From Auanema rhodensis (lineage: Eukaryota > Animalia > Nematoda): 64,000 nt of DNA. A program made the translations under genes and the position numbers. The notes beneath the pieces were generated by a model. That model worked only from the letters and a program-made list of their open reading frames with translations, did not search any database and was not told where the DNA came from. The first letter of the stretch is position 1. Every line of letters begins with the position of its first letter. The DNA lies in contig CAXKVF010000073.1 of the NCBI GenBank assembly GCA_964057225.1, forward strand, positions 1,337,252-1,401,251. The letters are read 5' to 3'. Below are positions 1 to 15,000 of the stretch, in pieces.

Positions 1-3000
1 ATATGGACATGGGGAATCTAATTTTGAAAACCGCATCTCTTTATCTTTCACGTGAAGCGAGTTACATACCAAGTGCACATCACGTGTACATTTAATTAGC
101 ATAAATTAAAGTTCACGTAAATTTCAAAGTCATGGTTACCATGAACCAATATCAATAAAAATTTGTTTTTAGACTAATATGGACATGGGGAATCTAATTT
201 TGAAAACCGCATCTCTTTATCTTTCACGTGAAGCGAGTTACATACCAAGTGCACATCACGTGTACATTTAATTAGCATAAATTAAAGTTCACGTAAATTT
301 CAAAGTCATGGTTACCATGAACTAATATCAATAAAAATTTGTTTTTAGACTAATATGGACATGGGGAATCTAATTTTGAAAACCGCATCTCTTTATCTTT
401 CACGTGAAGCGAGTTACATACCAAGTGCACATCACGTGTACATTTAATTAGCATAAATTAAAGTTCACGTAAATTTCAAAGTCATGGTTACCATGAACCA
501 ATATCAATAAAAATTTGTTTTTAGACTAATATGGACATGAGAAATCTAATTTTGAAAACCGCATCTCTTTATCTTTCACGTGAAGCGAGTTACATACCAA
601 GTGCACATCACGTGTACATTTAATTAGCATAAATTAAAGTTCACGTAAATTTCAAAGTCATGGTTACCATGAACCAATATCAATAAAAATTTGTTTTTAG
701 ACTAATATGGACATGGGGAATCTAATTTTGAAAACCGCATCTCTTCATCTTTCACGTGAAGCGAGTTACATACCAAGTGCACATCACGTGTACATTTAAT
801 TAGCATAAATTAAAGTTCACGTAAATTTCAAAGTCATGGTTACCATGAACCAATATTAATAAAAATTTGTTTTTAGACTAATATAGACATGGGGAATCTA
901 ATTTTGAAAACCGCATCTTTTTATCTTTCACGTGAAGCGAGTTACATACCAAGTGCACATCACGTGTACATTTAATTAGCATAAATTAAAGTTCACGTAA
1001 ATTTCAAAGTCATGGTTACCATGAACCAATATCAATAAAAATTTGTTTTTAGACTAATATGGACATGAGGAATCTAATTTTGAAAACCGCATCTCTTTAT
1101 CTTTCACGTGAAGCGAGTTACATACCAAGTGCACATCACGTGTACATTTAATTAGCATAAATTAAAGTTCACGTAAATTGCAAAGTCATGGTTACCATGA
1201 ACCAATATCAATAAAAATTTGTTTTTAGACTAATATAGACATGGGGAATCTAATTTTGAAAACCGCATCTCTTTATCTTTCACGTGAAGCGAGTTACATA
1301 CCAAGTGCACATCACGTGTACATTTAATTAGCATAAATTAAAGTTCACGTAAATTTCAAAGTCATGGTTACCATGAACTAATATCAATAAAAATTTGTTT
1401 TTAGACTAATATGGACATGGGGAATCTAATTTTGAAAACCGCATCTCTTTATCTTTCACGTGAAGCGAGTTACATACCAAGTGCACATCACGTGTACATT
1501 TAATTAGCATAAATTAAAGTTCACGTAAATTTCAAAGTCATGGTTACCATGAACTAATATCAATAAAAATTTGTTTTTAGACTAATATGGACATGGGGAA
1601 TCTAATTTTGAAAACCGCATCTCTTTATCTTTCACGTGAAGCGAGTTACATACCAAGTGCACATCACGTGTACATTTAATTAGCATAAATTAAAGTTCAC
1701 GTAAATTTCAAAGTCATGGTTACCATGAACCAATATCAATAAAAATTTGTTTTTAGACTAATATAGACATGGGGAATCTAATTTTGAAAACCGCATCTCT
1801 TTATCTTTCACGTGAAGCGAGTTACATACCAAGTGCACATCACGTGTACATTTAATTAGCATAAATTAAAGTTCACGTAAATTTCAAAGTCATGGTTACC
1901 ATGAACCAATATCAATAAAAATTTGTTTTTAGACTAATATGGACATGGGGAATCTAATTTTGAAAACCGCATCTCTTTATCTTTCACGTGAAGCGAGTTA
2001 CATACCAAGTGCACATCACGTGTACATTTAATTAGCATAAATTAAAGATCACGTAAATTTCAAAGTCATGGTTACCATGAACCAATATCGATAAAAATTT
2101 GTTTTTAGACTAATATGGACATGGGGAATCTAATTTCGAAAACCGCATCTCTTTATCTTTCACGTGAAGCGAGTTACATACCAAGTGCACATCACGTGTA
2201 CATTTAATTAGCATAAATTAAAGTTCACGTAAATTTCAAAGTCATGGTTACCATGCACCAATATCAATAAAAATTTGTTTTTAGACTAATATGGACATGG
2301 GGAATCTAATTTTGAAAACCGCATCTCTTTATCTTTCACGTGAAGCGAGTTACATACCAAGTGCACATCACGTGTACATTTAATTAGCATAAATTAAAGT
2401 TCACGTAAATTTCAAAGTCATGGTTACCATGAACCAATATCAATAAAAAATTGTTTTTAGACTAATATGGACATGGGGAATCTAATTTTGGAAACCGCAT
2501 CTCTTCATCTTTCACGTGAAGCGAGTTACATACCAAGTGCACATCACGTGTACATTTAATTAGCATAAATTAAAGTTCACGTAAATTTCAAAGTCATGGT
2601 TACCATGAACCAATATTAATAAAAATTTGTTTTTAGACTAATATAGACATGGGGAATCTAATTTTAAAAACCGCATCTCTTTATCTTTCACGTGAAGCGA
2701 GTTACATACCAAGTGCACATCACGTGTACATTTAATTAGCATAAATTAAAGTTCACGTAAATTTCAAAGTCATGGTTACCATGCACCAATATCAATAAAA
2801 ATTTGTTTTTAGACTAATATGGACATGGGGAATCTAATTTTGAAAACCGCATCTCTTTATCTTTCACGTGAAGCGAGTTACATACCAAGTGCACATCACG
2901 TGTACATTTAATTAGCATAAATTAAAGTTCACGTAAATTTCAAAGTCATGGTTACCATGAAGCAATATCAATAAAAATTTGTTTTTAGACTAATATGGAA

Positions 3001-6000
3001 ATGAGGAATCTAATTTTGAAAACCGCATCTCTTTATCTTTCACGTGAAGCGAGTTACATACCAAGTGCACATCACGTGTACATTTAATTAGCATAAATTA
3101 AAGTTCACGTAAATTTCAAAGTCATGGTTACCATGCACCAATATCAATAAAAATTTGTTTTTAGACTAATATGGACATGGGGAATCTAATTTTGAAAACC
3201 GCATCTCTTTATCTTTCACGTGAAGCGAGTTACATACCAAGTGCACATCACGTGTACATTTAATTAGCATAAATTAAAGTTCACGTAAATTTCAAAGTCA
3301 TGGTTACCATGAACCAATATCAATAAAAATTTGTTTTTAGACTAATATGGACATGGGGAATCTAATTTTGAAAACCGCATCTCTTTATCTTTCACGTGAA
3401 GCGAGTTACATACCAAGTGCACATCACGTGTACATTTAATTAGCATAAATTAAAGTTCACGTAAATTTCAAAGTCATGGTTACCATGAACCAATATCAAT
3501 AAAAATTTGTTTTTAGACTAATATGGACATGGGGAATCTAATTTTGAAAACCGCATCTCTTCATCTTTCACGTGAAGCGAGTTACATACCAAGTGCACAT
3601 CACGTGTACATTTAATTAGCATAAATTAAAGTTCACGTAAATTTCAAAGTCATGGTTACCATGCACCAATATCAATAAAAATTTGTTTTTAGACTAATAT
3701 GGACATGGGGAATCTAATTTTGAAAACCGCATCTCTTTATCTTTCACGTGAAGCGAGTTACATACCAAGTGCACATCACGTGTACATTTAATTAGCATAA
3801 ATTAAAGTTCACGTAAATTTCAAAGTCATGGTTACCATGAAGCAATATCAATAAAAATTTGTTTTTAGACTAATATGGAAATGAGGAATCTAATTTTGAA
3901 AACCGCATCTCTTTATCTTTCACGTGAAGCGAGTTACATACCAAGTGCACATCACGTGTACATTTAATTAGCATAAATTAAAGTTCACGTAAATTTCAAA
4001 GTCATGGTTACCATGAAGCAATATCAATAAAAATTTGTTTTTAGACTAATATGGACATGGGGAATCTAATTTTGAAAACCGCATCTCTTTATCTTTCACG
4101 TGAAGCGAGTTACATACCAAGTGCACATCACGTGTACATTTAATTAGCATTAATTAAAGTTCACGTAAATTTCAAAGTCATGGTTACCATGAACCAATAT
4201 CAATAAAAATTTGTTTTTAGACTAATATGGACATGGGGAATCTAATTTTCAAAACCGCATCTCTTTATCTTTCACGTGAAGCGAGTTACATACCAAGTGC
4301 ACATCACGTGTACATTTAATTAGCATAAATTAAAGTTCACGTAAATTTCAAAGTCATGGTTACCATGAACTAATATCAATAAAAATTTGTTTTTAGACTA
4401 ATATGGACATGGGGAATCTAATTTTGAAAACCGCATCTCTTTATCTTTCACGTGAAGCGAGTTACATACCAAGTGCACATCACGTGTACATTTAATTAGC
4501 ATAAATTAAAGTTCACGTAAATTTCAAAGTCATGGTTACCATGAACCAATATCAATAAAAATTTGTTTTTAGACTAATATGGACATGAGAAATCTAATTT
4601 TGAAAACCGCATCTCTTTATCTTTCACGTGAAGCGAGTTACATACCAAGTGCACATCACGTGTACATTTAATTAGCATAAATTAAAGTTCACGTAAATTT
4701 CAAAGTCATGGTTACCATGAACCAATATCAATAAAAATTTGTTTTTAGACTAATATGGACATGGGGAATCTAATTTTGAAAACCGCATCTCTTCATCTTT
4801 CACGTGAAGCGAGTTACATACCAAGTGCACATCACGTGTACATTTAATTAGCATAAATTAAAGTTCACGTAAATTTCAAAGTCATGGTTACCATGAACCA
4901 ATATTAATAAAAATTTGTTTTTAGACTAATATAGACATGGGGAATCTAATTTTGAAAACCGCATCTTTTTATCTTTCACGTGAAGCGAGTTACATACCAA
5001 GTGCACATCACGTGTACATTTAATTAGCATAAATTAAAGTTCACGTAAATTTCAAAGTCATGGTTACCATGAACCAATATCAATAAAAATTTGTTTTTAG
5101 ACTAATATGGACATGGGGAATCTAATTTTGAAAACCGCATCTCTTCATCTTTCACGTGAAGCGAGTTACATACCAAGTGCACATCACGTGTACATTTAAT
5201 TAGCATAAATTAAAGTTCACGTAAATTTCAAAGTCATGGTTACCATGAACCAATATTAATAAAAATTTGTTTTTAGACTAATATGGACATGGGGAATCTA
5301 ATTTTGAAAACCGCATCTCTTCATCTTTCACGTGAAGCGAGTTACATACCAAGTGCACATCACGTGTACATTTAATTAGCATAAATTAAAGTTCACGTAA
5401 ATTTCAAAGTCATGGTTACCATGCACCAATATCAATAAAAATTTGTTTTTAGACTAATATGGACATGGGGAATCTAATTTTGAAAACCGCATCTCTTTAT
5501 CTTTCACGTGAAGCGAGTTACATACCAAGTGCACATCACGTGTACATTTAATTAGCATAAATTAAAGTTCACGTAAATTTCAAAGTCATGGTTACCATGA
5601 ACCAATATCAATAAAAATTTGTTTTTAGACTAATATGGACATGGGGAATCTAATTTTGAAAACCGCATCTCTTCATCTTTCACGTGAAGCGAGTTACATA
5701 CCAAGTGCACATCACGTGTACATTTAATTAGCATAAATTAAAGTTCACGTAAATTTCAAAGTCATGGTTACCATGAAGCAATATCAATAAAAATTTGTTT
5801 TTAGACTAATATGGACATGGGGAATCTAATTTTGAAAACCGCATCTCTTTATCTTTCACGTGAAGCGAGTTACATACCAAGTGCACATCACGTGTACATT
5901 TAATTAGCATAAATTAAAGTTCACGTAAATTTCAAAGTCATGGTTACCATGAACCAATATCAATAAAAATTTGTTTTTAGACTAATATGGACATGGGGAA

Positions 6001-9000
6001 TCTAATTTTGAAAACCGCATCTCTTTATCTTTCACGTGAAGCGAGTTACATACCAAGTGCACATCACGTGTACATTTAATTAGCATAAATTAAAGTTCAC
6101 GTAAATTTCAAAGTCATGGTTACCATGAACCAATATCAATAAAAATTTGTTTTTAGACTAATATGGACATGGGGAATCTAATTTTGAAAACCGCATCTCT
6201 TCATCTTTCACGTGAAGCGAGTTACATACCAAGTGCACATCACGTGTACATTTAATTAGCATAAATTAAAGTTCACGTAAATTTCAAAGTCATGGTTACC
6301 ATGCACCAATATCAATAAAAATTTGTTTTTAGACTAATATGGACATGGGGAATCTAATTTTGAAAACCGCATCTCTTTATCTTTCACGTGAAGCGAGTTA
6401 CATACCAAGTGCACATCACGTGTACATTTAATTAGCATAAATTAAAGTTCACGTAAATTTCAAAGTCATGGTTACCATGAAGCAATATCAATAAAAATTT
6501 GTTTTTAGACTAATATGGAAATGAGGAATCTAATTTTGAAAACCGCATCTCTTTATCTTTCACGTGAAGCGAGTTACATACCAAGTGCACATCACGTGTA
6601 CATTTAATTAGCATAAATTAAAGTTCACGTAAATTTCAAAGTCATGGTTACCATGAAGCAATATCAATAAAAATTTGTTTTTAGACTAATATGGACATGG
6701 GGAATCTAATTTTGAAAACCGCATCTCTTTATCTTTCACGTGAAGCGAGTTACATACCAAGTGCACATCACGTGTACATTTAATTAGCATTAATTAAAGT
6801 TCACGTAAATTTCAAAGTCATGGTTACCATGAACCAATATCAATAAAAATTTGTTTTTAGACTAATATGGACATGGGGAATCTAATTTTCAAAACCGCAT
6901 CTCTTTATCTTTCACGTGAAGCGAGTTACATACCAAGTGCACATCACGTGTACATTTAATTAGCATAAATTAAAGTTCACGTAAATTTCAAAGTCATGGT
7001 TACCATGAACTAATATCAATAAAAATTTGTTTTTAGACTAATATGGACATGGGGAATCTAATTTTGAAAACCGCATCTCTTTATCTTTCACGTGAAGCGA
7101 GTTACATACCAAGTGCACATCACGTGTACATTTAATTAGCATAAATTAAAGTTCACGTAAATTTCAAAGTCATGGTTACCATGAACCAATATCAATAAAA
7201 ATTTGTTTTTAGACTAATATGGACATGAGAAATCTAATTTTGAAAACCGCATCTCTTTATCTTTCACGTGAAGCGAGTTACATACCAAGTGCACATCACG
7301 TGTACATTTAATTAGCATAAATTAAAGTTCACGTAAATTTCAAAGTCATGGTTACCATGAACCAATATCAATAAAAATTTGTTTTTAGACTAATATGGAC
7401 ATGGGGAATCTAATTTTGAAAACCGCATCTCTTCATCTTTCACGTGAAGCGAGTTACATACCAAGTGCACATCACGTGTACATTTAATTAGCATAAATTA
7501 AAGTTCACGTAAATTTCAAAGTCATGGTTACCATGAACCAATATTAATAAAAATTTGTTTTTAGACTAATATAGACATGGGGAATCTAATTTTGAAAACC
7601 GCATCTTTTTATCTTTCACGTGAAGCGAGTTACATACCAAGTGCACATCACGTGTACATTTAATTAGCATAAATTAAAGTTCACGTAAATTTCAAAGTCA
7701 TGGTTACCATGAACCAATATCAATAAAAATTTGTTTTTAGACTAATATGGACATGGGGAATCTAATTTTGAAAACCGCATCTCTTCATCTTTCACGTGAA
7801 GCGAGTTACATACCAAGTGCACATCACGTGTACATTTAATTAGCATAAATTAAAGTTCACGTAAATTTCAAAGTCATGGTTACCATGAACCAATATTAAT
7901 AAAAATTTGTTTTTAGACTAATATGGACATGGGGAATCTAATTTTGAAAACCGCATCTCTTCATCTTTCACGTGAAGCGAGTTACATACCAAGTGCACAT
8001 CACGTGTACATTTAATTAGCATAAATTAAAGTTCACGTAAATTTCAAAGTCATGGTTACCATGCACCAATATCAATAAAAATTTGTTTTTAGACTAATAT
8101 GGACATGGGGAATCTAATTTTGAAAACCGCATCTCTTTATCTTTCACGTGAAGCGAGTTACATACCAAGTGCACATCACGTGTACATTTAATTAGCATAA
8201 ATTAAAGTTCACGTAAATTTCAAAGTCATGGTTACCATGAACCAATATCAATAAAAATTTGTTTTTAGACTAATATGGACATGGGGAATCTAATTTTGAA
8301 AACCGCATCTCTTCATCTTTCACGTGAAGCGAGTTACATACCAAGTGCACATCACGTGTACATTTAATTAGCATAAATTAAAGTTCACGTAAATTTCAAA
8401 GTCATGGTTACCATGAAGCAATATCAATAAAAATTTGTTTTTAGACTAATATGGACATGGGGAATCTAATTTTGAAAACCGCATCTCTTTATCTTTCACG
8501 TGAAGCGAGTTACATACCAAGTGCACATCACGTGTACATTTAATTAGCATAAATTAAAGTTCACGTAAATTTCAAAGTCATGGTTACCATGAACCAATAT
8601 CAATAAAAATTTGTTTTTAGACTAATATGGACATGGGGAATCTAATTTTGAAAACCGCATCTCTTTATCTTTCACGTGAAGCGAGTTACATACCAAGTGC
8701 ACATCACGTGTACATTTAATTAGCATAAATTAAAGTTCACGTAAATTTCAAAGTCATGGTTACCATGAACCAATATCAATAAAAATTTGTTTTTAGACTA
8801 ATATGGACATGGGGAATCTAATTTTGAAAACCGCATCTCTTTATTTTTCACGTGAAGCGAGTTACATACCAAGTGCACATCACGTGTACATTTAATTAGC
8901 ATAAATTAAAGTTCACGTAAATTTCAAAGTCATGGTTACCATGAAGCAATATCAATGAAAATTTGTTTTTAGACTAATATGGACATGGGGAATCTAATTT

Positions 9001-12000
9001 TGAAAACCGCATCTCTTTATCTTTCACGTGAAGCGAGTTACATACCAAGTGCACATCACGTGTACATTTAATTAGCATTAATTAAAGTTCACGTAAATTT
9101 CAAAGTCATGGTTACCATGAACCAATATCAATAAAAATTTGTTTTTAGACTAATATGGACATGGGGAATCTAATTTTGAAAACCGCATCTCTTTATCTTT
9201 CACGTGAAGCGAGTTACATACCAAGTGCACATCACGTGTACATTTAATTAGCATAAATTAAAGTTCACGTAAATTTCAAAGTCATGGTTACCATGAACTA
9301 ATATCAATAAAAATTTGTTTTTAGACTAATATGGACATGGGGAATCTAATTTTGAAAACCGCATCTCTTTATCTTTCACGTGAAGCGAGTTACATACCAA
9401 GTGCACATCACGTGTACATTTAATTAGCATAAATTAAAGTTCACGTAAATTTCAAAGTCATGGTTACCATGAACCAATATCAATAAAAATTTGTTTTTAG
9501 ACTAATATGGACATGGGGAATCTAATTTTGAAAACCGCATCTCTTTATCTTTCACGTGAAGCGAGTTACATACCAAGTGCACATCACGTGTACATTTAAT
9601 TAGCATAAATTAAAGTTCACGTAAATTTCAAAGTCATGGTTACCATGAACCAATATCAATAAAAATTTGTTTTTAGACTAATATGGACATGGGGAATCTA
9701 ATTTTGAAAACCGCATCTCTTTATCTTTCACGTGAAGCGAGTTACATACCAAGTGCACATCACGTGTACATTTAATTAGCATAAATTAAAGTTCACGTAA
9801 ATTTCAAAGTCATGGTTACCATGAACCAATATCGATAAAAATTTGTTTTTAGACTAATATGGACATGGGGAATCTAATTTCGAAAACCGCATCTCTTTAT
9901 CTTTCACGTGAAGCGAGTTACATACCAAGTGCACATCACGTGTACATTTAATTAGCATAAATTAAAGTTCACGTAAATTTCAAAGTCATGGTTACCATGC
10001 ACCAATATCAATAAAAATTTGTTTTTAGACTAATATGGACATGGGGAATCTAATTTTGAAAACCGCATCTCTTTATCTTTCACGTGAAGCGAGTTACATA
10101 CCAAGTGCACATCACGTGTACATTTAATTAGCATAAATTAAAGTTCACGTAAATTTCAAAGTCATGGTTACCATGAACCAATATCAATAAAAATTTGTTT
10201 TTAGACTAATATGGACATGGGGAATCTAATTTTGAAAACCGCATCTCTTTATCTTTCACGTGAAGCGAGTTACATACCAAGTGCACATCACGTGTACATT
10301 TAATTAGCATAAATTAAAGTTCACGTAAATTTCAAAGTCATGGTTACCATGAACCAATATTAATAAAAATTTGTTTTTAGACTAATATAGACATGGGGAA
10401 TCTAATTTTGAAAACCGCATCTTTTTATCTTTCACGTGAAGCGAGTTACATACCAAGTGCACATCACGTGTACATTTAATTAGCATAAATTAAAGTTCAC
10501 GTAAATTTCAAAGTCATGGTTACCATGAACCAATATCAATAAAAATTTGTTTTTAGACTAATATGGACATGAGGAATCTAATTTTGAAAACCGCATCTCT
10601 TTATCTTTCACGTGAAGCGAGTTACATACCAAGTGCACATCACGTGTACATTTAATTAGCATAAATTAAAGTTCACGTAAATTGCAAAGTCATGGTTACC
10701 ATGAACCAATATCAATAAAAATTTGTTTTTAGACTAATATGGACATGGGGAATCTAATTTTGAAAACCGCATCTCTTCATCTTTCACGTGAAGCGAGTTA
10801 CATACCAAGTGCACATCACGTGTACATTTAATTAGCATAAATTAAAGTTCACGTAAATTTCAAAGTCATGGTTACCATGAACCAATATTAATAAAAATTT
10901 GTTTTTAGACTAATATAGACATGGGGAATCTAATTTTGAAAACCGCATCTTTTTATCTTTCACGTGAAGCGAGTTACATACCAAGTGCACATCACGTGTA
11001 CATTTAATTAGCATAAATTAAAGTTCACGTAAATTTCAAAGTCATGGTTACCATGCACCAATATCAATAAAAATTTGTTTTTAGACTAATATGGACATGG
11101 GGAATCTAATTTTGAAAACCGCATCTCTTTATCTTTCACGTGGAGCGAGTTACATACCAAGTGCACATCACGTGTACATTTAATTAGCATAAATTAAAGT
11201 TCACGTAAATTTCAAAGTCATGGTTACCATGAAGCAATATCAATAAAAATTTGTTTTTAGACTAATATGGACATGGGGAATCTAATTTTGAAAACCGCAT
11301 CTCTTTATTTTTCACGTGAAGCGAGTTACATACCAAGTGCACATCACGTGTACATTTAATTAGCATAAATTAAAGTTCACGTAAATTTCAAAGTCATGGT
11401 TACCATGAAGCAATATCAATGAAAATTTGTTTTTAGACTAATATGGACATGGGGAATCTAATTTTGAAAACCGCATCTCTTTATCTTTCACGTGAAGCGA
11501 GTTACATACCAAGTGCACATCACGTGTACATTTAATTAGCATAAATTAAAGTTCACGTAAATTTCAAAGTCATGGTTACCATGAAGCAATATCAATAAAA
11601 ATTTGTTTTTAGACTAATATGGACATGGGGAATCTAATTTTGAAAACCGCATCTCTTTATTTTTCACGTGAAGCGAGTTACATACCAAGTGCACATCACG
11701 TGTACATTTAATTAGCATAAATTAAAGTTCACGTAAATTTCAAAGTCATGGTTACCATGAAGCAATATCAATGAAAATTTGTTTTTAGACTAATATGGAC
11801 ATGGGGAATCTAATTTTGAAAACCGCATCTCTTTATCTTTCACGTGAAGCGAGTTACATACCAAGTGCACATCACGTGTACATTTAATTAGCATTAATTA
11901 AAGTTCACGTAAATTTCAAAGTCATGGTTACCATGAACCAATATCAATAAAAATTTGTTTTTAGACTAATATGGACATGGGGAATCTAATTTTGAAAACC

Positions 12001-15000
12001 GCATCTCTTTATCTTTCACGTGAAGCGAGTTACATACCAAGTGCACATCACGTGTACATTTAATTAGCATAAATTAAAGTTCACGTAAATTTCAAAGTCA
12101 TGGTTACCATGAACTAATATCAATAAAAATTTGTTTTTAGACTAATATGGACATGGGGAATCTAATTTTGAAAACCGCATCTCTTTATCTTTCACGTGAA
12201 GCGAGTTACATACCAAGTGCACATCACGTGTACATTTAATTAGCATAAATTAAAGTTCACGTAAATTTCAAAGTCATGGTTACCATGAACCAATATCAAT
12301 AAAAATTTGTTTTTAGACTAATATGGACATGGGGAATCTAATTTTGAAAACCGCATCTCTTTATCTTTCACGTGAAGCGAGTTACATACCAAGTGCACAT
12401 CACGTGTACATTTAATTAGCATAAATTAAAGTTCACGTAAATTTCAAAGTCATGGTTACCATGAACCAATATCAATAAAAATTTGTTTTTAGACTAATAT
12501 GGACATGGGGAATCTAATTTTGAAAACCGCATCTCTTTATCTTTCACGTGAAGCGAGTTACATACCAAGTGCACATCACGTGTACATTTAATTAGCATAA
12601 ATTAAAGTTCACGTAAATTTCAAAGTCATGGTTACCATGAACCAATATCGATAAAAATTTGTTTTTAGACTAATATGGACATGGGGAATCTAATTTCGAA
12701 AACCGCATCTCTTTATCTTTCACGTGAAGCGAGTTACATACCAAGTGCACATCACGTGTACATTTAATTAGCATAAATTAAAGTTCACGTAAATTTCAAA
12801 GTCATGGTTACCATGCACCAATATCAATAAAAATTTGTTTTTAGACTAATATGGACATGGGGAATCTAATTTTGAAAACCGCATCTCTTTATCTTTCACG
12901 TGAAGCGAGTTACATACCAAGTGCACATCACGTGTACATTTAATTAGCATAAATTAAAGTTCACGTAAATTTCAAAGTCATGGTTACCATGAACCAATAT
13001 CAATAAAAATTTGTTTTTAGACTAATATGGACATGGGGAATCTAATTTTGAAAACCGCATCTCTTTATCTTTCACGTGAAGCGAGTTACATACCAAGTGC
13101 ACATCACGTGTACATTTAATTAGCATAAATTAAAGTTCACGTAAATTGCAAAGTCATGGTTACCATGAACCAATATCAATAAAAATTTGTTTTTAGACTA
13201 ATATGGACATGGGGAATCTAATTTTGAAAACCGCATCTCTTCATCTTTCACGTGAAGCGAGTTACATACCAAGTGCACATCACGTGTACATTTAATTAGC
13301 ATAAATTAAAGTTCACGTAAATTTCAAAGTCATGGTTACCATGAACCAATATTAATAAAAATTTGTTTTTAGACTAATATAGACATGGGGAATCTAATTT
13401 TGAAAACCGCATCTTTTTATCTTTCACGTGAAGCGAGTTACATACCAAGTGCACATCACGTGTACATTTAATTAGCATAAATTAAAGTTCACGTAAATTT
13501 CAAAGTCATGGTTACCATGCACCAATATCAATAAAAATTTGTTTTTAGATTAATATGGACATGGGGAATCTAATTTTGAAAACCGCATCTCTTTATCTTT
13601 CACGTGGAGCGAGTTACATACCAAGTGCACATCACGTGTACATTTAATTAGCATAAATTAAAGTTCACGTAAATTTCAAAGTCATGGTTACCATGAAGCA
13701 ATATCAATAAAAATTTGTTTTTAGACTAATATGGACATGGGGAATCTAATTTTGAAAACCGCATCTCTTTATTTTTCACGTGAAGCGAGTTACATACCAA
13801 GTGCACATCACGTGTACATTTAATTAGCATAAATTAAAGTTCACGTAAATTTCAAAGTCATGGTTACCATGAAGCAATATCAATGAAAATTTGTTTTTAG
13901 ACTAATATGGACATGGGGAATCTAATTTTGAAAACCGCATCTCTTTATCTTTCACGTGAAGCGAGTTACATACCAAGTGCACATCACGTGTACATTTAAT
14001 TAGCATTAATTAAAGTTCACGTAAATTTCAAAGTCATGGTTACCATGAACCAATATCAATAAAAATTTGTTTTTAGACTAATATGGACATGGGGAATCTA
14101 ATTTTGAAAACCGCATCTCTTTATCTTTCACGTGAAGCGAGTTACATACCAAGTGCACATCACGTGTACATTTAATTAGCATAAATTAAAGTTCACGTAA
14201 ATTTCAAAGTCATGGTTACCATGAACCAATATCAATAAAAATTTGTTTTTAGACTAATATGGACATGGGGAATCTAATTTTGAAAACCGCATCTCTTTAT
14301 CTTTCACGTGAAGCGAGTTACATACCAAGTGCACATCACGTGTACATTTAATTAGCATAAATTAAAGTTCACGTAAATTTCAAAGTCATGGTTACCATGC
14401 ACCAATATCAATAAAAATTTGTTTTTAGACTAATATGGACATGGGGAATCTAATTTTGAAAACCGCATCTCTTTATCTTTCACGTGAAGCGAGTTACATA
14501 CCAAGTGCACATCACGTGTACATTTAATTAGCATAAATTAAAGTTCACGTAAATTTCAAAGTCATGGTTACCATGAACCAATATCAATAAAAATTTGTTT
14601 TTAGACTAATATGGACATGGGGAATCTAATTTTGAAAACCGCATCTCTTCATCTTTCACGTGAAGCGAGTTACATACCAAGTGCACATCACGTGTACATT
14701 TAATTAGCATAAATTAAAGTTCACGTAAATTTCAAAGTCATGGTTACCATGAACCAATATTAATAAAAATTTGTTTTTAGACTAATATAGACATGGGGAA
14801 TCTAATTTTGAAAACCGCATCTCTTTATCTTTCACGTGAAGCGAGTTACATACCAAGTGCACATCACGTGTACATTTAATTAGCATAAATTAAAGTTCAC
14901 GTAAATTTCAAAGTCATGGTTACCATGCACCAATATCAATAAAAATTTGTTTTTAGACTAATATGGACATGGGGAATCTAATTTTGTAAACCGCATCTCT

